Source of the DNA: Octopus sinensis
Taxonomy: Eukaryota
NCBI RefSeq assembly: GCF_006345805.1
Contig: NC_043001.1
Coordinates: forward strand, 3,410,001 to 3,474,000
DNA length: 64,000 bases
Direction: 5' to 3'
Shown: piece after piece, positions 13,732 to 24,614 of the stretch
How positions within the stretch are numbered: position 1 is the first letter of the stretch
Layout of the letters: each line of letters opens with the position of its first letter
The notes under the pieces: generated by a model
Databases searched by the model: none
What the model saw: only the letters and a program-made list of their open reading frames with translations
Told to the model about the DNA's origin: nothing
Made by a program: the position numbers and the translations under genes

Positions 13732-15710
13732 CAGATTGAAAGCAGTGAAAAGTCCCGCCTAAAAATAAAACTGTTGGAAATCGAAAAATGTCTGCAACTC
13801 TCCCATGAAAAAGAAAGAGCAGACAAAGAAGCCTGGGCTATAGAAAACATAAAATCTAACCCCAGAGCTTTCTACAGGTATGTCAAAGAAACAGCTACAG
13901 TGCACTGTAGAATAGGGCCACTCCTCGAAAAGGATGGCACACTTACAGGAAAACCAATGAGGGTAAGTGAAATACTGAATGAGCAATTCAAGAGTGTTTT
14001 CACTCCACCCCTTGGGCATCTCCAAATCACCAATCCAACTGACTTTTTTACCACTGCAGATATAAAATCAGAGGCGGCGACGATAGATTACATCGATATA
14101 AAGGAAGACGATGTAACCAAGGCTATAGATGAAATGAAAACAGACTCAGCTACTGGCCCCGATGGATTCCCGGCAATCCTCCTAAAAGCATGTAAGAGAG
14201 TCCTAGCAAGACCACTGCAGTTCCTCTTTCAGAGCTTCCTTGCAGCTGGCAAACTTCCAGGAAAACTGAAGGAAGGTAAAATATGCCCCATTCATAAAGG
14301 AGGTAGCAGAGCGGAAGCCAAGAACTATAGACCTATCTCTCTGACCTCACACATCAGCAAGGTCATGGAACGAATAGTCAGAAGGAAGCTGATCACCTTC
14401 CTTGAAGAGAATGACTTGCTGCCCGACACCCAACATGGTTTCCGACCAGGGAGAAGCTGTTTAACTCAGCTCCTACAACACTATGACTGGGTGCTGAAAC
14501 GGCTGCTCAACCACTCAAATGTGGAAGTGATATATCTCGACTTTGCAAAGGCCTTTGATAAAGTCGATCATGGAATGATATGTCACAAACTGCGTGATCT
14601 CAACATAGTTGGAAAACTGGGAGAATGGCTTCATGACTTTCTGAAGGATAGAAGTCAGGTGGTAGTAGCCAATGGGGCCACCTCCATTAACACACAATAG
14701 TGAGCGGTGTTCCGCAGGGCACTGTTCTGGGACCACTACTGTTCATAATGGCCCTCTCAGACATGCCCTCAGCCACGCAGAGAGCCACGATCACAAGTTA
14801 TGCAGATGATACAAAAGTTTCACAGGCAATACAGAACCCTGAGGTCACTAAACACCTGCAATCTGAGCTGGACGAAATATACAAGTGGGCTGAAAAGAAT
14901 AGCATGCAGTTCAATGCTGGAAAGTTTCAAGCTTTATACTATCAGCATGCAAAACTGAATGCAATACCCAATGAATACACTGGACCCGGAGGGATTGCAA
15001 TCCCAGAGGCACAATCAGTGCGTGACCTGGGTATTCACATGAGTGATGACGCGACCTTTCATGTACATGTTGCTAAACTGACAATGAAATGTAGACGGCT
15101 GGCTGGATGGATTCTCAGAACCTTTAGAACAAGAGAACAAAAAACCATGATGGTCCTCTGGAAGACACTTGTCCTAAGCCACTTTGACTATTGCTCTCAG
15201 CTATGGTCACCATCCAGTGTCAAGTTGATCACAGAACTTGAGGCGATCCAACGAAGCTACACAAAGAAGATAGCCTCTATGCAGAATGTAAGCTACTGGG
15301 AAAGACTCAAGAGATTAAAATTATATCCTCTGGAGCGTAGGCGGGAAAGATATGCCATAATATACATCTGGAAGATCCTGGAGGGAAGTGTCCTGAACTT
15401 TGGCATCGAGAGTTACGCAAATGCCAGAACTGGGCGCCACTGCGTGGTGCCTAGGACTCCAAACCTGCCATCAAGATGTAGGACAAGATTCTGTGATAGC
15501 CTGGGCTTCCGAGGCCCACAGCTCTTCAATATCCTCCCGAAGAACCTGAGAGACCTGCATGGGGTGGATACAGATGTCTTTAAAATGAAGCTGGATCTCT
15601 TCCTGTCAGGTGTCCCAGATGAACCAACTTCACGGCAGGAGGGGCAGATGAGGGCAGCTGCATCGAACTCTCTCATGCACCAAATAGCAGTTGCTAGAAA
15701 GCCTCCATGA
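13728..15710 (+). pseudogene. LINE ORF2 reverse transcriptase, 5'-truncated, with a single 1-nt frameshift at ~14697
   Basis: ORFs 13390..14700 and 14700..15710 join if one A is added (CAA ATA GTG AGC GGT GTT CCG CAG = QIVSGVPQ). YADD is at 14799-14810. The first ~110 aa of the track ORF are flanking repeat, not LINE. Confidence 0.9.
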
Positions 15711-15797
15711 AGTGAAACCAAGTAGCAACACCAAATGGCGGTGCCCCAGCATGGCCACAGCTCATAAGCTGAAACTAGAATCAATCAATCAATCAAT
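13728..15797 (+). mobile_element. 5'-truncated CR1/L2-group (Jockey supergroup) LINE with (ATCA)n tail, inserted in (AAT)n
   Basis: RT motifs TGPDG, NYRPISLTS, QHGFRPGRSC, YLDFAKAFDKV, GVPQGTVLGP and YADD. C-terminal LERRRERY and FKMKLDLFL. No endonuclease or RNase H domain is present in this copy. Tail AATCAATCAATCAATCAAT at 15779-15797. Confidence 0.93.
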
Positions 15798-15816
15798 AGT
15801 AATAATAATAATAATA

Positions 15817-15851
<35 letters not shown>

Positions 15852-15954
15852 TAATAATAATAATAATAATGATAATAATAATAATAATAATGATAACAAC
15901 AACAACATCGAAAAATACCTTAGAAATGAGAACCCAGGTTCCAAATTTCCTCAA

Positions 15955-16000
15955 GACACCTGATGAAAGCTGGAGGGTATATCAGCTGAAATGTTGTGTT
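15955..16000 (+). ncRNA. Hammerhead ribozyme motif, type I minimal (PLE/retrozyme type)
   Basis: GACAC-CTGATGA-A-AGCTG-gagggtatat-CAGCT-GAAA-T-GTT-GTGTT. Canonical core, 5-bp stems I and II, and a minimal stem III (consensus of the three copies is the palindromic AACGTT). Confidence 0.7.
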
Positions 16001-16869
16001 AACAACAAGCAAGATGAGGACAAATATCCGTCAAATGTAAATAAAATAAATAATGTAAATAATGTACATAATTCCTCATCTCTTAAATATAGAATTGAAC
16101 ATTCCAAAATGTTAGCATCTCACAGTCTGGGTAGGTGACGCTGTGAGCAGATCTAGGTGTATACACACCATGTGTCAACAATCGGGATATATTCTGTGTG
16201 ACAAATCTCAGTGAGTAACTTTTGCCCCAGTTCGAACGTGCCTCATGTATATTCGGACTGATAAAACCATTGCAATTTCACTTACCACTGCTAAGCACCC
16301 CCTCCCTCTGTAACGTATGATCTTAAGTCGAACACTCTAACCACTAAGTCATCAACCTTCGCAAACCTGTAGAATATGATTATTGCATTAACAATAAGTC
16401 AAATATTTAAGTATTTAAAGAGAATTATAAATCTATATAAGAAAGCAAGGTGTTCTTCCTTGTGCCATTATCACGTTATATCTGCCCCACCCCGCCAACT
16501 CTCTCCCTTTTTCCTATTCTCCTGGTTTGGTCATATATTCTGAGATATTTTACTTTCCATTATTCAATGTTTAACAAGCTCATACGTCCAGGAGTTTACT
16601 TCATTACAACTCTCTCCAGATAGAATGCCAACGCAACCATCTCCTCGCTGGTTCCTAAACGTCCATTAGAATTCTGCGAAAGCAATAATATCTCTGTCTA
16701 AAGTCTACAAGGATTTTAAATATTGTTCTGCTGTGGAGTGGAATATCATTTATCTTTTCATCAGCCACACAAAACCTGGCAGATCATCATGACAAACAAT
16801 CTCTTTAGCTCAAGCTAGATTTCGGAAAATCGTCATTTGCATTCTTCACAGCTGCTCCTCTTGTTGTTG

Positions 16870-16942
<73 letters not shown>

Positions 16943-16951
16943 CATCATCAC

Positions 16952-17009
<58 letters not shown>

Positions 17010-17034
17010 AACATTATCATCATCATCATCATTG

Positions 17035-17250
17035 AAGGCAGAGAGCAAGCAGAAGCATTAGGATGCTGTGGAAAATGCTTAGCAACATTTCATCTGCTTT
17101 TACGTTCTGAGTTCAAATTCCACTGTAGTCGACTTTGTTTTTCATCCTTCTGGAGCTCAATAAAATAAGTACCAGTTGTAACGCTGGCGTCGATGTAATC
17201 GATTTACACCGTTCCCCAAAATTGCTGGCCTTGTGCCAGAATTAGAAAAC
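17035..17250 (+). mobile_element. tRNA-derived SINE (Meta/Sauria-like central core)
   Basis: GAGTTCAAATTCC..GTCGACTTTGTTTTTCATCCTTC..TAAAATAAGTACCAG..GGCCTTGTGCC. Confidence 0.7.
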
Positions 17251-17452
17251 CATTATTATTTATCAATATTATTATTGCAGCTAACAGAAGGAGACTATCA
17301 AGTGGGAACATGGAGCGTCCATCCATTCACAGTGACAGGTGGTACAAGCTGGCAGGTGATCGGTTTAATCTGGAGAAATTGCATTTATGCAGTCAGTCAC
17401 AGGCATTGATATGGGCTAGATGGTTGAGTGTGCGCGCGTATGTGTATAGACA

Positions 17453-17563
<111 letters not shown>

Positions 17564-17609
17564 TGATAGATAGATAGATAGATAGATATGTATGGGGGGA
17601 GAATTGACG

Positions 17610-17935
17610 AAAAAAAAACAAAAGACGAAGACTGGTGGTGTAGAAAATAAACAGATGTATTAGTATAACACTCAGGAATTGAAAGAGTCTTTTACGTTTC
17701 GAGCCTACGTTCTTCCACAGAAAGGAACACAGAAAGAAACAAGGAGAGAAAAAAATATATATGTATGTATGTATATAATTGGAATTTACAAAAAAAAAAG
17801 ACGAAAATAGGTGTGTAAACAACAAACAGATGTATTAATTTAACGCTCGCGAAGTGAGAAAGTCTTTTACGTTTTGAGCCTACGCCCTTCAATTGATAGG
17901 AACACAGAAATACACACAGAGAGAAAATAAAAATA
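17610..17935 (-). mobile_element. Tandem pair of ~175-bp PLE pseudo-LTR-like units, each with a variant hammerhead motif
   Basis: Direct repeats at ~17610-17755 and ~17790-17935. The minus strand of 17689-17724 reads CTTT-CTGTGGA-A-GAAC-gtag-GCTC-GAAA-C-GTA-AAAG. The second copy at ~17864-17900 is more decayed. Confidence 0.55.
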
Positions 17936-18578
17936 AGCTTAGGGGCTTGCGATCAATCATGGTAAATGCCGGACAGAAGTGGTCAGACAGGAGAGCTAGG
18001 AAGAAGGGGAGATAAAAAAATAGCTGTGATCCCAAAACGAAGGTGCACGTGCGAATGTATGTGAGAGCGTGTATGTGCGTGTGGATAGGGGCTGGTGACC
18101 TTGATGTGTAGGTGTGTGCATGTGTAGGTGTGTGCATGTGTAGGTGTGTGGATGATGGTGTGGGTGCTGGGAAGTGGTCAGTGCTAGTGTGTGCGGTGTG
18201 GATATATATATATAGTAACACAAAGGGACGAATTTCGACTATCCCCTCGTGGTGAGTTGTAATGCAAAAAAATACATATAAATCAAAAGAAGGAAATGCA
18301 CACATACATGTGTATCTATTTATACCCACACACACATACACATATACACTTGACATACTTCATTCAGCTTCCGTCTACCAAATCCACTCATCTTTGGTTA
18401 TTCTGGAGCCATAAAGAAGACACTTACCCATTTTGTTGCCTAAACACACAGAAACGCCTGCACCTGTATTATGTTCTATATAGATATACACACAAATATA
18501 GGCAACACATACGCATACATATTTACATACATACATACGTACAAACAACACACACACTCATATATATATATATATATT

Positions 18579-18693
18579 ATATGTGACAATTATTCGGTAG
18601 CCATGATAAAACTCTGAGTTTCGGATGCCGAGGTGGAAATCCACGCCACCATCTCTTCAGTTTTATCATGGCTACCGAATAATTGTCACATAT
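18579..18693 (-). ncRNA. 34-bp inverted repeat enclosing a hammerhead-like core
   Basis: Arms at 18579-18612 and 18659-18692. Minus strand GATAAAA-CTGAAGA-GATG..GTGGA/TCCAC..CATCC-GAAA-CTC-A-GAG-TT-TTATC. Confidence 0.55.
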
Positions 18694-19149
18694 TACATTT
18701 ACAGATAAATTCCTCTATTTACATAATATCAAGGCCTCTTTCTTTCTTTTGTTGTCTTACCGTTTTTACCAATATATATATATACATACTTATATGTATG
18801 TGTGTGTGTGTACCTGTGTGTGAATGCATATATCTATGTAGACGTGTGTGTATGTATGCATGCTCATATGTGTACCTCTGTGTGGGATCTGTAATTTGCT
18901 TATGGAATACCTGGATAATCATATATAAGGACGATGTCATCTATGATAAAGCATCAATTCTTTCAGAAATGTATCCCAGGCAGATGATTACTCATTTTCA
19001 CCAGGTGGGTGGACCGAAACTCAGTGAAACGAAGTGTTTTGTGCCAGAACACCATGAATTACCTGGTTTGGGAATCAGAACCAGAATATTACGATCAGAA
19101 GGGCGACACCGTAACCACGAAGCCACGAGCATCCACATAAAGACTTGTT

Positions 19150-19930
19150 AGATAACTAGAAGCGTTATTTAGATTGGTGCCTTATCATCTGGAGCCAAAT
19201 ATTTAACCAACTTATTGATTTCAAGACCCTAATTATAAACAACAATAAATCTTACGATAGTATTTACTTAAAATATTCCAGGTGATTTTAATTATCATTA
19301 TCAGACAAACATCGAAACTGATATCCAATACAAATTGACAAACTGAACAACGTGTGGTATTTGCTTCCAGTCATCCAAGACAAACTTACTGTTTAATCGA
19401 CTCCGAAGAATACAATCAATTGCTTTGAATTTTGAAATTTGGAAACAAAACTCCAAGAAATGAGACGATTGCTATTTGGAAACAGTATCCAAACAAAATT
19501 TATTGATAATGGATTTGGATGTGCCAAAGAATTACCTCACTGGGAAGTAGGTGACGATTGGCAACAGAAAGTGCATCAAACTGAAGAAAATCTATCTTAA
19601 CAAATTTTATCTGATTCATGAAAGAATGAACATCAAGAACTATGAAGGACAAAACCAATCCAGACATGTCCATTATTATAATGAAACAACCAAAGAAATT
19701 CAGGAGCAGACATTTCTCATGAAAACTTCCTATTATTGAAGCAAAACTTAAGAGTCAAAAACGCATACAAAATACACAAAGTAAGGAATTGAAAAAAAGA
19801 GCAATAATCCTTAACAAAAATTACCCGTGTTAAATTCTTCCCTAAAAACACAATACCGATATCCAAATGTATGAAGGTGTACTGGGAATATATATTCAGT
19901 TCCAGGTGCTGATATGGCTGCGTGTATATT
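19150..19930 (+). pseudogene. Decayed Penelope-like element RT C-terminal half (YLDD-type)
   Basis: Frameshifted translation gives KRYLDWCLIIW (cf. RYLDDCFIIW) at ~19160, then IETDIQYKLTN..VFASSHPRQT..LRRIQSI (cf. the PLE TDxYxKxTD..SxHP thumb motif). Confidence 0.6.
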
Positions 19931-20199
19931 ATTGCAAGAGTTCATATAGGGATGAAGAATAATTTTAAGAACTATATATTTACTACATAAAAATATATTT
20001 TATTTCCTGGTCGATGATGATAATCAAAACATAGAATTTAGCTGAATGAAGTAATCTATGCAAGGAAGTTCAGAAATGTAGAACTAACAGCTAAGTGGTG
20101 GTTTTCAGTCATGTGGTGTAGAGAAATAGACGAACATAGAAATGATGTGAATGGCTCTAAGTCTAGTCGACTAAGAAGCGAAGAGACGGGTTAGCAAGC

Positions 20200-20670
20200 T
20201 GTTTTTTTTATTAATGGAAAGCTAGACACTCTAGAAACGTCCAAGAGAAGCGCTAAGCTTCTTGAATAATTAAGAATCACGTCTCATGACACAGTTGCTT
20301 AGAGAAACTTAGTAAAGGGAAGTTACTATATATTCTTTCTTGCAAGGAAGATCATTCAACTATTTAGCTACGTAGACCACTACAATGGCTTTCACTGGAG
20401 AATCTGCGTCAGTCTTAAAGAAGGCATCTTGTAAAAATTTAATTCAGGATATATTTTACAAGACATGAAATAAATCACTTTGCATTCCGTTAAAATTTCA
20501 GTTGATAAGATTAAATGTAATGTATGCTATGAAGATTAGGTAAGAGAAAAGCAACTTTTCTTGAGAAACATAGTGACTAGGCATCGTTAGAAAATGCAAA
20601 ACTCCAATGCGAGATAGATTCCATTCACTAAATGGTGCTATGTGCAATAAACAAACCCTTCAAGTTCAAG
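20200..20670 (+). pseudogene. Possible heavily decayed Helitron PIF1-helicase C-terminus
   Basis: Fragments LDTLETS..LLE, (L)RNL, IPLKFQLIRLNVMYAMKI and FTKWCYV occur in the order of the PIF1 motifs FLNxL..HxLxL, MLLRNL, FP..YAMTIxKSQG and FxHGQLYVA. Many stops are present. Confidence 0.35.
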
Positions 20671-22091
20671 AATTCTCACTTTAACTCTCTCCTGGCAGAA
20701 ACAGAGATCAAAGACAAATGAAGAAAAACTATTGAAAAGTACAACCCATGGCTGCAAAATTTATAATTTATAACAACCTCTCGAGAAGAAGCATTGACCA
20801 ATAACGTAATCACCAACGTTGCACTATTTTTCTTACGAGCAAACATATTGACGATGCACATCCATACAAATATATAACAATGTCATTCGAACACAGGCAA
20901 GTAATCTATTTTTCTATGTTTTGCTATTCTGAAAATCTGCTATTCACCCTGGTTTATGACACATTCACAGGAATAAACTTACTTTCGCCTGACCTCATGA
21001 CTATTTTGAACCAAACAAACTGTGCTTTAATGATTGCAAATTTCAAACTCTACTTAAAAATGAGACAGTTATGGCATGGCTTCATGTTCCTCTATCTCAT
21101 ACTACTTTTGAAAATTATGTAATTGTGAAGCCAAATGTATCAATGTAAATCTTAAAGAACCCGAGTGCATTTTCAACTTCAGTTCTTTGTACTTTTACTC
21201 TTGTGAATATATTCTATCTTCTTGCACACATACAAACTCACACACAAGTACAGAGAGAGGTAGAAAGACAAACATACAGATCGAAAAATAGATCGATAGA
21301 GAAGCAGATAGATAGATAGATAGATAGACACACAGCTATATAGATATATAAACACTTACATGAACATGGATGTATGTGTGTGTGGGCGTGTTTTGTGTGT
21401 GTATATTGTATTAGAGAAAATGATGCGGATATTCAGTACTAAATTATTACATGTATGTGTAAGCTGACAAAGAATTTTATCAAATACTGTATTTTTTGTA
21501 TTTTCCACATATCTTTAAACATTTCAAATAAGAATCTCGATAAGTTAAGTTGCCTCTATAGCATGAAATTTGCAGCTGTATGTCTGCGACAATATTATTC
21601 ACATCGGAAATATTTCCTGTGGCATTAAGGTGAAATTATGTACTGACATGGCCAATGCAAGTACATGTAGAAACTATTTCACAGTTTAACTATATTTCAC
21701 AGTTTAACTATAACCCGGTTTAGCTATTATATAATAATTTCCCTTATCAGACAGACATAGTTATTACATTATATTATAATTTCCCATATCAGTTTATTTT
21801 CCATAGAATCACTTTGCTCGTACATTTGTTCACCCGAAGGGTATATTTGAAACATCTACCAACAATACAGATATAAAAGCAACGAATATAGCATAGGGAA
21901 GCTATTACCTATATTAAATATACTTATTATATTCTCGTTCTCAGATGTCTTCCTCTTCAGCTTTGCTTATTTTATTGGTTGTTTTCTATTTAGCGGTGGC
22001 TCATAAAAATTGCTCATTCAACCAAATCGTGGGTACTTATTGGTTATATGTATGCATACACACACATGTGTGTATGTGTGCATGCGTGCTC

Positions 22092-22142
<51 letters not shown>

Positions 22143-23033
22143 ACATATATATATATGTATATATACACGCTCAAATGTATATATATAATGTATATGTGAG
22201 AGTGTCTTTCTGTGTACTGGTGTGTGTGTATGCATAAGGAATCTGTACATATGTGTGTATGTGTCGTGGGGGTGATTCTCTATATACGAATATATACATA
22301 TATATATATATATACATCATCATCATCATTATCATCACCAACAACAACAATGTTTAATGTCTGTTTTATTTATTTGCCTGATTTGCAAAGTTCATTAAGA
22401 TCGGGCGTGTTGAAAATTCATCAGATTCTGATGTCTGCTTTGTGATGTTTCCATCGCTAGAAAACCTTCCTAAAGCTAACCATTTTACAGAGGGTACTGG
22501 GTGCTTTTTTTATTTGTTAGCTCCGGCGCCAGTGATATCACCTTTAAATAAATAAGACTAAAGGCTTAATATGATCCCTATAAAAGATGGAGCATAAAAG
22601 AGAAAATCGTGATGACATTAGGTAGGTGACGAGTGAGTCTAAAAACGAGTCGAACAAATCAATAGTTGTGAGCGTTGAGGGAGGTAATGGTGTAGTAACA
22701 TTGAATGCGTACGTGTAACAGGAAAGAAGAAACGGGAGGGGATTAGATTTTGGCGCTGTTGATAAAGGGAAGGAGAGTGTTGGAAGGTGGGTCGTGTAGG
22801 AGGGATTGAGGACGAATGCAGATTATGAGGGTAAACATGGAGAGAATGAGTAAGGATTCCAAACGAGGGAAGATGAAATTTCAAGGAGACCTAAGCAGGA
22901 CTTGGCAGCGAAATACCTACCTACATACTTACTTATACCTATATTTATATATATCCAAGATGTAACTACACGTGGACTGTTGGCGATTTTTTCACTCGTT
23001 TTTCCATTTCTTTTGGACTTTCCTATGTCTCCT

Positions 23034-23068
23034 GTTTCTGAAGAAGTGCTATGCTCGAAACGTAAAAC
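23034..23068 (+). ncRNA. Hammerhead ribozyme motif, type I minimal
   Basis: GTTT-CTGAAGA-A-GTGC-tat-GCTC-GAAA-C-GTA-AAAC. Canonical core, GUA cleavage triplet, and one mismatch in stem II. Confidence 0.7.
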
Positions 23069-23426
23069 AACCACTCTTTCTTTCCTTCTCTAAGCGTCTA
23101 ATTAATACTTTGCATGCACCACATCCTCGCGTTGCTGTTTTTTCCTGCTGTCTTTCTTTCCCGTTTTTTATGTATTTAGGAGTGGTTGTAATTTACGTAT
23201 AGAATTCATTTATCGATACGGATGTACATTGGGTAAATGTGTTTGAAAGTTGTGGTTTCTTTGGTTTGTTTGTTCCCTAACAACACTTTTTTTAGTGTTG
23301 TTGACACCGCCGGATTGAATGGTACTGCCGAGGTGCCGAAACCATAAGGCTATCCGTAGGGCAGCTGATGATGGAGGTATTTTGGATGGTTGGTATGACT
23401 GTGGAATAGTATTATAACACATTCTT

Positions 23427-23506
<80 letters not shown>

Positions 23507-24614
23507 GTGTGTGTGTGTGTGTATGTGTGTGTGTATCAAAAGAACAAACTTATATATAAGACAAACACAAAAGGCCGACAGGTATCCCCGGGAACTCGGA
23601 GTTACTTTGTTATGTTGGCATATGTGGTTCACCTGAAGATGCAGCCAGTAATGGAAGAGTTGGGAAGATGGCGTAATTGCCAAATGCACAGGTAAAATGA
23701 TGTATTGCGTATCAAGTAGAATAGACATACAAAAGAGACACAGGAACCAAGAGAAAAGAAATTCGTGGAAAGCGAACCAAAGAAGTTGGAGGAACCGATG
23801 GAATAGTTGCACGATACGTTTCGAGGACCAATGCCACTGCAGGGGATTGAACCCAGGCGTGCAAATGAGAGGAAAAGAAAACACAGAGTTCCTGAAAATA
23901 GATGCCAAGCACAACAAATATTAAATTATACGAAAATTAAAACTCAAAAAAATGAAGTGGGGTGAATAAAAATATTATCGCTAAATAAAATGGCATTTCC
24001 TGTGAAAAACCTAAATGGGAAGATGTTGTGGGGAATTACTAATAATGGTACACCCCTTCCACGTGACGAATGGAATAATCTAGTCACCGTAAGTAAAGAG
24101 AGTACGTAGCAGGGTGTCAGAGATAGTCGTGTCTTTACTGGTTTTAATAAGTACACTGTATGCTGAAGTGGGCGTTATGATAACCCAAATTTTTAAGGAC
24201 TGTAATAAAAATGTACAGTAAAACTATCGTTTCTTTGTATGTATAGAGAAATTCAGTTTTGTGAACGTTAAATTACATTAAAGAAAATCTATAGAGGAAA
24301 AACTCAAATTAAGTTAGAAAGAATTTTGATAAACGCCATATATTCTAGAAAAAGACACATCACATTAAAAGTGAGAAATATAAGACGACGATTCGAAATC
24401 AGGGTTCTATACGGCTACAAACGGAGCACTTGGAAGCTAATAAGTAGGTAAAAAAATGTGGAAGAGGTATTTTAGAATATGATTCAAGTATCGAATTAAT
24501 CAATCTTGATTCAGGTTTGTTAGGACAGGATTCCAAGCAATTTTGTTCATAGGAAACAGAAGAATTAAAGTAACGTAATTCAGTTAAAGAAATTATCGGT
24601 TTGCCCTGGGGTAA

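Larger units (their letters stand above)
13296..16095. mobile_element. Inner head-to-head pair of tRNA-head/(AAT)n/hammerhead elements, split by the LINE
   Basis: 13296-13631(-) and 13634-13727 plus 15798-16095(+) are inverted copies. On the minus strand the A-box is TGGCGTAGTGG (13614-13624) and the B-box is GTTCGATTCC (13570-13579). Confidence 0.8.
13063..16315. mobile_element. Outer fold-back element (inverted arms ~13060-13233 and ~16102-16275) with 10-bp TSD, inserted in a reverse-strand SINE head
   Basis: The arms are reverse complements (e.g. TGTTGACACATGGTGTGTATACACC and GGTGTATACACACCATGTGTCAACA). TATGATCTTA occurs at 13053-13062 and 16316-16325. A partial HHR core CTGAAGA-GGAG..CTCC-AAAA lies at 13267-13293. 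Confidence 0.75.
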
